IMG/VR virus record: IMGVR_UViG_3300045988_105924
Coordinates: 6,565 to 70,564 of that record
DNA length: 64,000 nt
DNA from: a virus
Strand: one strand, 5' to 3'
The notes below the pieces were generated by a model. It made no database searches, was not told the origin of the DNA, and saw nothing but the letters and a program-made list of their open reading frames with translations. This document shows, piece by piece, positions 25,690 through 35,775 of the stretch (positions within the stretch are counted from its first letter, which is position 1; each line of letters opens with the position of its first letter). A program made the translations under genes and the position numbers.

Positions 25690-26231
25690 TGCCAGGAAAC
25701 AAAGGATATCTTACATCTGACCGATCTGCGGCAGGCGACGAGCGATACACTCCGATATACGCAGTTATTCCATTACTTGAGTTCACCCCCCCGTCGAGTA
25801 AAACAGTGATTTGGTGTCCGTTTGATAAAGAGTGGTCTGCCTTTGTGCAGGTGTTCAGAAATGCTGGATATAAAGTAGAATATAGCCACATTGATAACGG
25901 ACAAGATTTCTTTACATACGAACCGGAATATTGGGATATTATGATTTCAAACCCTCCTTTTAGTAGGAAGGATGAAGTATTGCGTAGAGCCTATGAGCTT
26001 AAAAAGCCGTTTGCTCTACTACTTCCTGCAAATAGTATTCAGGGTAAGACACGATTTGACATCTTCAAAAATGATGTACAGATGCTGTGTTTTGATTCTC
26101 GAATAGGATTCATGGACCCTAAACACGCAGACAGCCCTGTCGAGGGAGTGTCTTTTGGAAGTGCATACTTCTGTAGAAATTTTCTTCCCAGTAAGTTAGA
26201 GTTACGAAAACTTGATAAGAAAATCTCATAA
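25686..26231 (+). CDS. small phage Dam-like N6-adenine DNA methyltransferase (NPPF motif)
   Basis: ERYTP, WCPFD, DIMISNPPF motifs in gamma-class order; ATGA overlap with upstream gene. Confidence 0.55.
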   Translation: MMPGNKGYLTSDRSAAGDERYTPIYAVIPLLEFTPPSSKTVIWCPFDKEWSAFVQVFRNAGYKVEYSHIDNGQDFFTYEPEYWDIMISNPPFSRKDEVLRRAYELKKPFALLLPANSIQGKTRFDIFKNDVQMLCFDSRIGFMDPKHADSPVEGVSFGSAYFCRNFLPSKLELRKLDKKIS

Positions 26232-26257
26232 AAGGCTAATTCAAACAAGAGGTGACA

Positions 26258-26451
26258 TGATGAACAGCAAAATTCCTATCAATGTAACTATCGATCACGG
26301 CTCCTTGAGCCTTCCGGCAAGTCCTATCTTCCAGAAGGATAAGAACACGTATCTCTGTCCGTTTTGTGTGACGAAGCTGGAAAAGTTCGAGTGTGAGTGT
26401 TCTGATTGTCATCACAAGATGGATTGGAGTAAATTTGCCAAAAAGGAGTGA
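26258..26451 (+). CDS. zinc-ribbon small protein
   Basis: SD aagaggtgac then ATGATG; CPFC...CECSDCHH. Confidence 0.5.
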
Positions 26452-26456
26452 TTCCT

Positions 26457-26675
26457 ATGGAACTAGACGAATGGAAAAATGCCAGTAAGAAACGAATCGA
26501 AAAGATGACTTTTGATGAAGCAAAAAAAATTCTTGAGAATCAAATCCGACTTGGCAAGGAGGGCGGAAAGTGGTGTCCTCGTGAACACACTACTCACGCC
26601 TACGAGATGATTCTTAAACGAGCCGTCGCCTATGAAAAATTGCGAAGCATGTATGAAAATCTGTTAGAGGAGTGA
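26457..26675 (+). CDS. hypothetical protein (72 aa)
   Basis: SD aaaggagtgattcct then ATG. Confidence 0.5.
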   Translation: MELDEWKNASKKRIEKMTFDEAKKILENQIRLGKEGGKWCPREHTTHAYEMILKRAVAYEKLRSMYENLLEE

Positions 26676-26686
26676 TGCCTATGAAT

Positions 26687-26959
26687 ATAGATTTCTTCCA
26701 ACGGCGCAAGACACAGCTTGAAGATACGCTTCTTTTGAAAAATCAGGCCGTCGATATGCTTGATTATCTAAAGACGCACTGTATCAGCAATGACCAATAT
26801 TGTGCCATTCGAGACTACATTGAAGAAGCTGCCAAGATTCTGGAGAGTGACCTCGAATATGCAAACAACAAGCTACAGTCCGTATTCAGACCTAAGTATG
26901 GCCGGAATAACAGACTGACTCGTGCTCAATCTAAGATGTTCCGTGATAGAGAATATTAA
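26687..26959 (+). CDS. hypothetical protein (90 aa)
   Basis: SD gaggagtgatgcct then ATG (alternative ATG 26678). Confidence 0.5.
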   Translation: MDFFQRRKTQLEDTLLLKNQAVDMLDYLKTHCISNDQYCAIRDYIEEAAKILESDLEYANNKLQSVFRPKYGRNNRLTRAQSKMFRDREY

Positions 26960-26976
26960 AAATGGGGTGATGCCGT

Positions 26977-27189
26977 ATGAACACATGTAAGAAAATATGT
27001 AACTGGTGTGGTCGTGAAATCAAGCCGATAGGTAGCGAGCAGGGAATCAGTTTTGAGCATCAATACTCTTATGGTAGCCAACTTGATGGTTCGCTTTTGA
27101 GTTTTGATTTGTGCCCTGAATGTTCAGAACGGCTCCCAATAGTGCTCGGCGCAATGTTTGTACATAATCCTTTAAAGGACGATTTCTAA
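26977..27189 (+). CDS. zinc-ribbon small protein
   Basis: CNWCGR...CPEC; SD ggggtgatgccgt then ATG. Confidence 0.5.
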   Translation: MNTCKKICNWCGREIKPIGSEQGISFEHQYSYGSQLDGSLLSFDLCPECSERLPIVLGAMFVHNPLKDDF

Positions 27190-27334
27190 CGGCGAGTGCC
27201 GTATGAAATATAAGCCATCAATAAACCAGACGGAGGATAACACATAAAATGAATAGTGCATGAATTGATTCAAGACAATAAAAAGAAACATAAGTGATTA
27301 TCAATGAAACAAAATTATATAAAGGAGACTTGAT

Positions 27335-28438
27335 ATGGCAGATAGAATTTTTAATCTTCCTCAGACCCGTGGTTCTTTTGAGATGGCTGGTAAGGTCACC
27401 GGCACCCAGCGTAGCAACTTCTATAACGAGAAGGAGACTAAGAATGGTGCTATGCGCCGTGTCCTGAGCTTTGGCGTTCAGACTTCCAATGAAAACACTT
27501 TTTATGTTGATCTTGATGGTATGCCTCGTGATAAGGTTTACTTCTTCCGCCGTGCCGATAAGGACAAGGGCATCGAGAAGGATAAGAAGGAAGTTGCTTG
27601 GAAGGATCGTCTGACTTATGTTGCACCGGAAGGCTATGATATGATTGGCGTTAAGGTCGGTGTTACCAAGAAGACGAATGAGTCTGGTAAGGTCGTCAAT
27701 GATAACAAGACTCTGACTGACTTCGATGCAGCCAAGGAGATCTCTGATAACCTGCATGATGGTGACAATGTGTATGTCCGTGGTAACATCGAGTACAGCA
27801 CTTACAACGGCAAGCACCAAATTCGCTTCGTTCCTACTCAGGTGTCTCTGAGCTCTAAGGAAATCGACTTCGATGCAGAGGGTTTCGAGGAGCTGGCTCT
27901 GTTTACTCAGACCATTGTTTACACTGGTTGCCGCAAGAGTGATGAGGATGATGAAGTAGTTGTTGATGCAAAGATCGTGAATTACAACACCATCGAGGAT
28001 GCAGAGTTCTTCATTGACTATAAGGCAAACACTCAGAATAAGGTTCTGGCTGATTCTATTCGCAAGCGTCTGAAGCCCTACACCAGTTTCGAGTGCTTTG
28101 GTCCCATCGTTAATCAGCAGAAAGTTGAGGAAGTTGAGACTGAGAATATCTGGGGTGGTCCTAACAAGATGAAGCGTCAGGGCACTCCGGCAGTTCGCAA
28201 GCTGTATATCGAGGGTGTTAATCCTGATTCCTTTGATCCGAATCCTGGTGATAAGGATGCGGAGCCCACTTACACTGAGGACAATATCTCTGAGGCACGG
28301 GCAAAAATTGCTGCCAACGCTCAGGCAAAGAAGGACTTCGACGGCAAGGCTGCTGAGAACGACACTTCTTGGTGGGGTGGTTCTAACAAGTCTACTGCAA
28401 CTCCTGTAAACGAGGAAGAGGATGACTGGGGAGTGTAA
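27335..28438 (+). CDS. abundant acidic-tailed protein, putative ssDNA-binding protein
   Basis: very strong codon bias; acidic C-terminus NEEEDDWGV; lies directly upstream of the recombination ATPase; SD ataaaggagacttgat then ATG. Confidence 0.4.
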   Translation: MADRIFNLPQTRGSFEMAGKVTGTQRSNFYNEKETKNGAMRRVLSFGVQTSNENTFYVDLDGMPRDKVYFFRRADKDKGIEKDKKEVAWKDRLTYVAPEGYDMIGVKVGVTKKTNESGKVVNDNKTLTDFDAAKEISDNLHDGDNVYVRGNIEYSTYNGKHQIRFVPTQVSLSSKEIDFDAEGFEELALFTQTIVYTGCRKSDEDDEVVVDAKIVNYNTIEDAEFFIDYKANTQNKVLADSIRKRLKPYTSFECFGPIVNQQKVEEVETENIWGGPNKMKRQGTPAVRKLYIEGVNPDSFDPNPGDKDAEPTYTEDNISEARAKIAANAQAKKDFDGKAAENDTSWWGGSNKSTATPVNEEEDDWGV

Positions 28439-28455
28439 TTTTTAGTCTTAGCTAA

Positions 28456-28469
28456 GTAATACAGGATAC
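28456..28469 (+). promoter_or_regulatory. conserved motif variant GTAATACAGGATAC (copy 3)
   Basis: shares the ATACAGGATAC core with the other copies; SD ataaggag follows. Confidence 0.5.
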
Positions 28470-28484
28470 ATAAGGAGTTTAGTT

Positions 28485-28778
28485 ATGCAGAATACTCTTG
28501 AGTATACCGCTTATAATGGTATGAAATTTTACATTGTCTATATCGAAGCGCTTGAAAAGGAACCTGAAGAAGACTCTCCGATGATGTCTATTGTGTTTAC
28601 TACGCATCCTGAGATTATTGCAGAAGCTAAAGCCGACGCGGAATGCAATGGTGGTGCTGTTCCGGTAGGGTGTAAAGACCTTCTGGTTGATAGTGTGGAT
28701 AACATCACCCGTCAGTTGGATTATGTTGCTCATGCAGTTGAAACGGGTGATCCGTGGTATGAGTGTTTGAAAGTTTAA
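28485..28778 (+). CDS. hypothetical protein (97 aa)
   Basis: SD ataaggagtttagtt then ATG. Confidence 0.55.
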   Translation: MQNTLEYTAYNGMKFYIVYIEALEKEPEEDSPMMSIVFTTHPEIIAEAKADAECNGGAVPVGCKDLLVDSVDNITRQLDYVAHAVETGDPWYECLKV

Positions 28779-28811
28779 TAAAAGAAAAGATTTAGAGAGG
28801 AATTTACATAT

Positions 28812-29960
28812 ATGGCTATGATTCGTAAGGCATCTGCTGTTCGTAAGAAGCTTCATATGCTGATTTATGGTGAACAGGGAACTGGTAAATCTCGTACTGC
28901 TATGCAGCTGTGCTATCTGAAGAATGCAGACGGTAAGCCATTCCGTGTTCTGTATTTGGATACCGAGAATGGTTCTATTGATAATTACACCGAGGAACTG
29001 GAAGCTAATGGTGTGAATCCTGACAATCTGTTGATTGTTTACACCCAGTCTCTGGCAGAAGTTCAGGATTATATCAAAATGGTTACCAACGATGAGGACA
29101 TCGAGGATGAGAATGGAGATGTTTATCTGGACGCAAATGGCAAGCCGTTCCGTGCAGACGCTTTGGTTGTTGACTCTGCATCTATTCTCAAGATGACAGC
29201 CACTCAGGGGCTCACCGCCTTCTCGCAGAAGCGTGCCAAGGTTAAGGCCGCATCTCAGGGTCTGACTGGTGATGAAAAGGCAGTTAAGATTGAGGGTGCT
29301 GGCATGGAGCTCAAGGATTTCAATACCCTGAACTTCAAGGGTCAGTCTCTGATTTTGGATCTGAATGCATCTGGTGTGAACTACATCGTTGTTTGCCGAG
29401 AGAAGGACGAGAAGCATACTAAGGTTGTGAATGGTTCTATCGTAAGTGAGCCTACTGGTCGTAAGATTCCTGATGGGTTTGCTGGTCAGGAGTACAACGT
29501 TGATACTGAGTTCCGCCTGTATTTTCAGGATGGTCAGCAGCTCGCTTTCTTCGATAAGGATCGTACCGGTATGCATAAGGGCGGTGAGGTCGTTGAGGAT
29601 CTGACCCTGCTTGAGTATCAGGATATTATCTCTAGTAGCGCAAAGAATCGGGAGAACGTCATCAAGAACGGCTTAAACGATGCTGTTAAGACTGAGGTTA
29701 AGCTGAGTATGCGTGACCTTGGTATCGAAAACGATGAGCCGGATGATGTTCCGGCAGATAAGAGTTCTGATAGTAAAGAGCCTTCTATGGATGACATCAA
29801 GGCAAAGCTGAACGACCTGATTGCTTCCGCTTCTCCTGTGAAGAAGAGCGCAGCACAGAAGGCTGTTAAGGCGGCTGGCCTGTCTACCGCGTTCCGTTCT
29901 ATGACTGATATTGAGGAACTGAAGAAGGTCGCCGCAATCATGGAGAAGGAACTGGCTTAA
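28812..29960 (+). CDS. RecA-fold AAA_24-family ATPase (Sak4-like recombination protein)
   Basis: Walker A GEQGTGKS near the N-terminus with a typical AAA_24 layout; SD tagagaggaatttacatat then ATG. Confidence 0.55.
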   Translation: MAMIRKASAVRKKLHMLIYGEQGTGKSRTAMQLCYLKNADGKPFRVLYLDTENGSIDNYTEELEANGVNPDNLLIVYTQSLAEVQDYIKMVTNDEDIEDENGDVYLDANGKPFRADALVVDSASILKMTATQGLTAFSQKRAKVKAASQGLTGDEKAVKIEGAGMELKDFNTLNFKGQSLILDLNASGVNYIVVCREKDEKHTKVVNGSIVSEPTGRKIPDGFAGQEYNVDTEFRLYFQDGQQLAFFDKDRTGMHKGGEVVEDLTLLEYQDIISSSAKNRENVIKNGLNDAVKTEVKLSMRDLGIENDEPDDVPADKSSDSKEPSMDDIKAKLNDLIASASPVKKSAAQKAVKAAGLSTAFRSMTDIEELKKVAAIMEKELA

Positions 29961-30652
29961 TGGAACTAACCCGTAAATGCAAGATTTGCGGGAAGAACAT
30001 TTTCATCGAGCGAGACCGTAGCACATTTTTCTACGACAAGACTGGTTTTTATCATAAGGATTGTTTTGTAGAAAAAAAGAAAAATCAAAAACGCCCTTGG
30101 ACAGATGACCTGCTAAGGGCATTTTTTGACAAAGTGAATGACACTACGGATAAAAAGGTCGATGATCTTCTTTCCAAAAAGAGAGAACAAGACCACAATC
30201 GTGAGCTTGCACATATCAAACAGGAAGAGAAAAAGATTCTTTTCGACCATATTCGAGATATATACGCCCCGGCGGTTGTTCCTGGTAGCTTCTACTCGAA
30301 ACTTGCGCAGTTAATTTCCGGTAATTATTACAAATACAGAGGTTCTATTCCTCCGCTAGAACTTTACGATATGTGGGTTCTAGCGAAACCCCGACTAGAT
30401 AAGATAGTTGCCGAGAAAGAAGCAAAGGGTTGTGATATGAGTCAGCGATGGAATTACGACTTGGCTGTTTTATTGGCTCAATATCCTAGTTATCTCGATC
30501 GAAAAGAAAGACTAGCTTCGATTCGCAGTGAAAGCGAAGAAAAAATGAAGGAAAATCTGACTGAAACGGTACTGAAACGTATGAAAACAGCACCGAAACA
30601 GAGTAAAAACGAGAATGAAATTGATATAAGTGCAATTCTCGATGAGATATAA
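29960..30652 (+). CDS. zinc-finger protein upstream of the helicase (possible loader or organizer)
   Basis: CKICGK...HKDC; ATGG overlap; no P-loop. Confidence 0.45.
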   Translation: MELTRKCKICGKNIFIERDRSTFFYDKTGFYHKDCFVEKKKNQKRPWTDDLLRAFFDKVNDTTDKKVDDLLSKKREQDHNRELAHIKQEEKKILFDHIRDIYAPAVVPGSFYSKLAQLISGNYYKYRGSIPPLELYDMWVLAKPRLDKIVAEKEAKGCDMSQRWNYDLAVLLAQYPSYLDRKERLASIRSESEEKMKENLTETVLKRMKTAPKQSKNENEIDISAILDEI

Positions 30653-30669
30653 AAGAGGGAGGTGGATGA

Positions 30670-32193
30670 GTGGAACTCATTTCAAATATCCCGAACGAAA
30701 TTCTATTTGTTGGCGCAATTTACAAGCATCCTGACTATTTGGTCGAGTATGGGCATTATGTCAAGAGCAAGTACGATTTTGCCGATGAAGCAACAAAATT
30801 TTTCTACGATGCAGCGCTAATTATTTATGAAACTCGGACTCAAGAATTTAATAAAACATCTGTTTTAACGTTTATGGCTGAAGACGAGTCCAGATTGTCC
30901 CAATACAAGCGGCTGAAGGGCTGGTCAACCATTGAATACTACATAAGCCTTGCGAATGACGATGACATCAAGGGGTACTTCAATATCCTGAAGAAATATT
31001 CTCTACTTCGTGAGTACCAGAGAAACGGATTTAACATTGAGGGAATCTTGAAGCATCGACAGTTTGAAATGTTTGGTGCTCAGGACATTTACAAATTGAT
31101 TCGTGGCAAGGCAGACAAGATCAATACGGTTATCATCACAAACGATGATGCTGAGATTTTGAATAATGGTCTGCTGCCAATGGTTAATGAACGTCTGAGT
31201 GTTCCTGATATGGGCTTGCCGTTCCAGTATCCTATCATGAATGATTTGTTCCGAGGATTGAAGCTGGGCACTGTGATGTTCAATGGTATGCCATCTAACG
31301 CTGGCAAGACTAGATACATGATGGCGATTGTTGCCTACGTTACATTGGTTCAAAAGCAGAAAGCTCTTCTGCTGCTGAACGAAATGGATCTTGAATCAGT
31401 CCGGTATTGCTTACTGGTCACCGCCATCAATAATCCTGAGTTTCAAGAGTTGCATGGTCATCGTTTCCATAAGGATGAGCGAGAGATCACTCTTGGAATG
31501 TACCGGGATGCAAACGGAAATTTCATCTTCCGAAAGCAAAACGAAGATGGAGAATACATAGAAAGCATTGATGAGTTTACCGCTCGTGTCTACGAAGAAA
31601 GCGAAGAGTACCGCAATGTGCTTGATGTTTGCCAGTGGATTGAAAGCGAGTCACAAGGCTTGATTATCGCAAAGGATGTTTCTGCTGATTATAGTGATAA
31701 GTCCCTGCGATTTGAAATCCAGAAGGCAGTTCTCACTCAGGGAGTTAAGTATGTGTTCTACGATACTCTAAAGAACGACATTGCTTCGATTGGTGAGTGG
31801 GCAGCATTCAAGGTGACAGCAACCGAGCTTGAAGAGATTGCGAAAAATCTAAAGATCTTTATCTATGGTAGTATCCAGTTGGCCGAAAACGCTCATGAGT
31901 ATCTTCCTGATGAGTTGAATTCAAACAACATTGCTGAGTCAAAAATGATTAAGCATGTTGCTTGGACAATGGTTCTGTTCAAGGAGATTCCAAAAGATAA
32001 GTTCGTGAAGTATCAATACATCTCTCATGACCCTGAGTGGGGCGGTGACTGTGCCCATCGGCTAAATCCAGATAAGCGGTATTACGTTGGAAACATCGAT
32101 AAGAACCGCTTTGGTGAGAAAAAGAAAATCATGTTTGAAGTGAATTTGAACCGGAATGTCTGGAAAGAGGTCGGTGTCTGCACCAGAAAGTAA
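30670..32193 (+). CDS. dnaB: DnaB-like replicative DNA helicase
   Basis: DnaB N-terminal-like IPNEILFVGAIYKHPDYL; RecA-fold Walker A GMPSNAGKT; 507 aa. Confidence 0.65.
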   Translation: MELISNIPNEILFVGAIYKHPDYLVEYGHYVKSKYDFADEATKFFYDAALIIYETRTQEFNKTSVLTFMAEDESRLSQYKRLKGWSTIEYYISLANDDDIKGYFNILKKYSLLREYQRNGFNIEGILKHRQFEMFGAQDIYKLIRGKADKINTVIITNDDAEILNNGLLPMVNERLSVPDMGLPFQYPIMNDLFRGLKLGTVMFNGMPSNAGKTRYMMAIVAYVTLVQKQKALLLLNEMDLESVRYCLLVTAINNPEFQELHGHRFHKDEREITLGMYRDANGNFIFRKQNEDGEYIESIDEFTARVYEESEEYRNVLDVCQWIESESQGLIIAKDVSADYSDKSLRFEIQKAVLTQGVKYVFYDTLKNDIASIGEWAAFKVTATELEEIAKNLKIFIYGSIQLAENAHEYLPDELNSNNIAESKMIKHVAWTMVLFKEIPKDKFVKYQYISHDPEWGGDCAHRLNPDKRYYVGNIDKNRFGEKKKIMFEVNLNRNVWKEVGVCTRK

Positions 32194-32202
32194 GGAACTA
32201 CA

Positions 32203-33225
32203 ATGGTAAATATCGCAGATCTGAAAAATTACATTCTTGAAGAACAGCAGATTGAACCGATTCTGGAGGAACTTGGTTGTCATCATATCAGTCACAAGAC
32301 TGGTTATTACCAGTGTACAAATCCAGATGGTGACAATAGAACGGCACTCTGTATCTACGAGAATGAAAATCTTACTGCGGTAGATTACACACGAGATATT
32401 GCCAATGGAAAGACCAGTTATGATTTGATTTCTGTCGTCCAGTTCTTTCTGGAACTGTCTTTCCCAAAAGCTATCAAGCAAATCTGCGAATGGGTTGGTC
32501 TTGACTACTATCACAACTTCGAGGAAGACCTTCCTAAAAGTATGTTGATTCTAAAAGAGCTCATTGCCATGCAAAATGAAAGTGAAGAACACGAGGATGA
32601 TCGTCCGATAGTCCCCATCTCCGAAGCCATCCTCGGTTATTACAAACCTTATGTGAACCAGATTTTTGCTGACGATGGGATATCTTATGAGACGCAGCAG
32701 GAGTTTGAAATTGGTTTTGATGAACTGACAAATAGAATCACGATTCCAATCAGAGATGAAATTGGCACTCTGGTTGGTGTAAAGGGAAGATACTTTGGTA
32801 AGCCGCCTGAAGGCGAGATGAAGTACAAGTATATTGAGCCGTGTGCCAGAAACCGCATTCTATATGGTCTGTATAAGACAGAGCCGTATATCAAGAATGA
32901 AGGTCTGGTATATGTTGGTGAGGCCGAAAAGTCTGTCATGCAGATGTGGAACATGGATGTCTGCAACTGTGTGGCGACTGGCGGTAAGAAGGTTTCACAG
33001 AATCAAATTGAAATTTTAACACGTCTTTGCGTTGATATTTGTTTTGTCTTTGATAAAGACGTTCAGCTTAGTGAGCTTATGGTTCTTGCTAATCGATTTG
33101 TCGATGGCGTAAGTGTGTATGCTGTAGTAGATGATAAAGGGATTCTGGATGAAAAGGAAGCCCCGACTGACAATCCCGAAAAATTTAAGGCATTGATTGA
33201 GAACTGCGTTAGGAGAATTAAATGA
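32203..33225 (+). CDS. dnaG: DnaG-like DNA primase (zinc-binding domain plus TOPRIM)
   Basis: CHHISHKTGYYQCTNPDGDN zinc motif; TOPRIM-like VYVGEAEKSVMQ and FDKD. Confidence 0.6.
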   Translation: MVNIADLKNYILEEQQIEPILEELGCHHISHKTGYYQCTNPDGDNRTALCIYENENLTAVDYTRDIANGKTSYDLISVVQFFLELSFPKAIKQICEWVGLDYYHNFEEDLPKSMLILKELIAMQNESEEHEDDRPIVPISEAILGYYKPYVNQIFADDGISYETQQEFEIGFDELTNRITIPIRDEIGTLVGVKGRYFGKPPEGEMKYKYIEPCARNRILYGLYKTEPYIKNEGLVYVGEAEKSVMQMWNMDVCNCVATGGKKVSQNQIEILTRLCVDICFVFDKDVQLSELMVLANRFVDGVSVYAVVDDKGILDEKEAPTDNPEKFKALIENCVRRIK

Positions 33226-34946
33226 ATGTAAAACTCTGGAAGGGAAGTAGGAACGACCTATCAGACCCGATTGGAACGATTATGGAGAACAGAGGGGTCA
33301 AGGATTATAAGACCTACATGAATCTGGATGATTCTTGCTTGAATTCTCCGTGGGAATTGGACAATATCGAGTATGCTGTCATGATGTTGAATAAACACCT
33401 TTGGAAAAAATCTATCATCTCTATCCTTGTAGACTGTGATGTGGACGGTTTTACAAGTGCTTCGATGATGTTTCAGTATTTGAAAGCGATTGGTTATTTT
33501 GGAAAAATCAATGTTCTGCATCATAGTGGTAAGGAACATGGACTCTCTAAAGAAATCGAGGTTCCACCTGAAACTACTCTGCTGATTATTCCTGACGCTG
33601 GCAGCAACGACGTTGAACAGTGCAAGGAACTCCGTGAAAATGGCATCGATATTCTGATTCTTGACCATCACATCTGCGACAGAGAGAATCCATACGCAGT
33701 AATTGTCAACAACCAGAATGGTACATATCCTAACAAGGAACTGTCCGGTGCGGGTGTTGTGTATAAGTTCCTTCAGGCTGTTGATGAGGATAATTGGACT
33801 GATGTTGCAGACCGGTATCTTGATCTGGTGGCTGTCGGAAACATTGGTGATGTCATGGATATGCACTCGTATGAGACGAAGCGCCTTTGCACGAAAGGTC
33901 TGGCACGTATTGTGAATCCGATGATTTGTGCTCTAGTTGAAGCAAATAGCTTCAATATTAAGGGTGATCCGACTATCAATGATGTTCAGTTCTATGTTGT
34001 TCCGATGATGAACGCACTGATTCGTGTTGGCTCATCTGAACAAAAGAAGCGGATGTTCCGTGCAATGGTCGGTGAAGAACAGACTTTCCAGTACACTCCG
34101 ACTCGTGGTAAGAATGCTGGTGTCACGATTGATGAAACTCTGGCGCAGCATGTGGCTCGTGAGTGTTCCTCTTGCAAGTATCAGCAGAATAAAATCAAGG
34201 ACAAGGCTGTTGGAGAGCTCCAGAAGTTGATTGAAAAGCACGGTGCAGACCAGAATAAGATTCTTTTCTGTAACTCCACAGGTATTCTTGATAACACTCT
34301 GACCGGTGTTGTAGCAATCAAGCTGGCTGAAATGTACGCAAAACCGTGTGTGTTGCTTCGTACTTTTACTGATGAGCCGGACTATTATGGTGGCTCGATG
34401 AGAAATCCTGATGGTTCTCCGATTGAAAGCCTAAAGGAATTCTTGATGAGCACCGGAGATTTTGAATCGGTTCTTGGTCACGACAATGCTGCTGGTGTGA
34501 AAATCAAGAAAGAAAACGTGCCAAAGGCTATTGCAGACTGTGATGAGCTACTTAAAGATGTCACGATGAGTAAGGCGATCGTGGTTGACTTTGATTTTGA
34601 TTATAATAAATTGAACGTTGCATTGCCGAAAACAATGTACGAGATGCACAAAGTCTGGGCGCAGGGTATTTCTGAGCCGTATTTCTATATTAGAAACATT
34701 CCGCTTGTTCATAGTGGGTGTGCTCCGATGGGCAAAAACGGTAATATGTGGAAGTATTCTGATGAAGAAAAAGGCATTGATTTTGTGTGCTTTGCGGATA
34801 ATGACCGGATGCTTGGTTGGATCAATAATGATTTCTATGGTGGTCGGGAAGAGAAATACATCAATGCGGTATGCCGGTTGTCCCTAAATCAGTATGGGAA
34901 CAAGGTTACACCGCAGGCACAGATTGTTGATTTTGAGGTGATTTGA
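33222..34946 (+). CDS. RecJ-like DHH/DHHA1 phosphoesterase (ssDNA exonuclease)
   Basis: DHH motifs ILVDCDVDGFTS, IPDAGSND, ILDHHI. Confidence 0.65.
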   Translation: MNVKLWKGSRNDLSDPIGTIMENRGVKDYKTYMNLDDSCLNSPWELDNIEYAVMMLNKHLWKKSIISILVDCDVDGFTSASMMFQYLKAIGYFGKINVLHHSGKEHGLSKEIEVPPETTLLIIPDAGSNDVEQCKELRENGIDILILDHHICDRENPYAVIVNNQNGTYPNKELSGAGVVYKFLQAVDEDNWTDVADRYLDLVAVGNIGDVMDMHSYETKRLCTKGLARIVNPMICALVEANSFNIKGDPTINDVQFYVVPMMNALIRVGSSEQKKRMFRAMVGEEQTFQYTPTRGKNAGVTIDETLAQHVARECSSCKYQQNKIKDKAVGELQKLIEKHGADQNKILFCNSTGILDNTLTGVVAIKLAEMYAKPCVLLRTFTDEPDYYGGSMRNPDGSPIESLKEFLMSTGDFESVLGHDNAAGVKIKKENVPKAIADCDELLKDVTMSKAIVVDFDFDYNKLNVALPKTMYEMHKVWAQGISEPYFYIRNIPLVHSGCAPMGKNGNMWKYSDEEKGIDFVCFADNDRMLGWINNDFYGGREEKYINAVCRLSLNQYGNKVTPQAQIVDFEVI

Positions 34947-35764
34947 TGAGAGAAGCGATCTGCGTACATTTATACGGAGACGGTTCAAGAAATAATAGAC
35001 TTAGAGCAGAGTACATCTATTGCGATAGGGCAAATGAATGCTCTGCATATAAGCAGGGAAGATGTCTTTGTGTTACATATCCATTTTCCAGTCGTTGCCC
35101 AGTTGGGAATGTTGAAAGTGTTGATGGTGGAACGAAACGCTCAAAGATGTTTACAAGGGTAAAAGACTGTGCAAAGTCAGCCCCTTATTACGGAGCACTT
35201 CGGTACTCAAGTAATTTGAAAATTGTTCGCATCGGAGATGATGCGGTTCTATCATTAAGCTATGTGAGCTTAAAAATCGAAAATGGCGATTTGAAAGTTG
35301 ATGGCCCTTGGGAAAGTGGCAGCAAAATACTTTTTATCCCGATGGAAATTCTTACGGCTGATAATATTTTGAAAGTTTGCGAGTGTAAGCCGATGGCTCT
35401 TATGGGTGGAGAAATTGAGTCGTACCAAAAGGACGAAGTTCCAATGTTTTTGAGACAACTTCGGAAATTATTCCCAGAAATCTATACAGAGCTTATAGTA
35501 AAGTCTCCGGTTCAAGAGAACAAAATGCCACATTTTGTTGGAAAGCGAGCAAAATTGCTTACGCTTAAACCGAATTGCAAATATAAAACGAGATATGGTA
35601 GTTTCTTCTTTGATGGAAAGTACGCATATTTCGATAATTACGATACTGATTTTAAGCCGTTCTTGAAATGTGGGAACATGAGCGCGAAGGTAGAGATCAC
35701 AAACGATACAGTGGTTACGGTGTCCGACAATGAACAGGTATTGGAAATGACAGAGTTTGTATGA
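34943..35764 (+). CDS. hypothetical Cys-rich protein (273 aa)
   Basis: ATGA overlap; N-terminal Cys cluster. Confidence 0.5.
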   Translation: MMREAICVHLYGDGSRNNRLRAEYIYCDRANECSAYKQGRCLCVTYPFSSRCPVGNVESVDGGTKRSKMFTRVKDCAKSAPYYGALRYSSNLKIVRIGDDAVLSLSYVSLKIENGDLKVDGPWESGSKILFIPMEILTADNILKVCECKPMALMGGEIESYQKDEVPMFLRQLRKLFPEIYTELIVKSPVQENKMPHFVGKRAKLLTLKPNCKYKTRYGSFFFDGKYAYFDNYDTDFKPFLKCGNMSAKVEITNDTVVTVSDNEQVLEMTEFV

Positions 35765-35775
35765 GGTGATTTGAT

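Noticed and set aside
27190-27334. Small ORF MKYKPSINQTEDNT or other coding content in the 145-nt gap before the SSB-like gene
   Set aside because: Only 14 codons with no SD. The region is more likely promoter or leader for the highly expressed downstream gene.
28479-29576. 365-aa minus-strand ORF, and other long minus-strand ORFs (e.g. 19512..20087, 20619..21482, 9675..10109, 4019..4636)
   Set aside because: All lie antisense to + strand genes that have strong codon bias, SDs and recognisable domains. They have no SDs or motifs of their own and are typical shadow ORFs.
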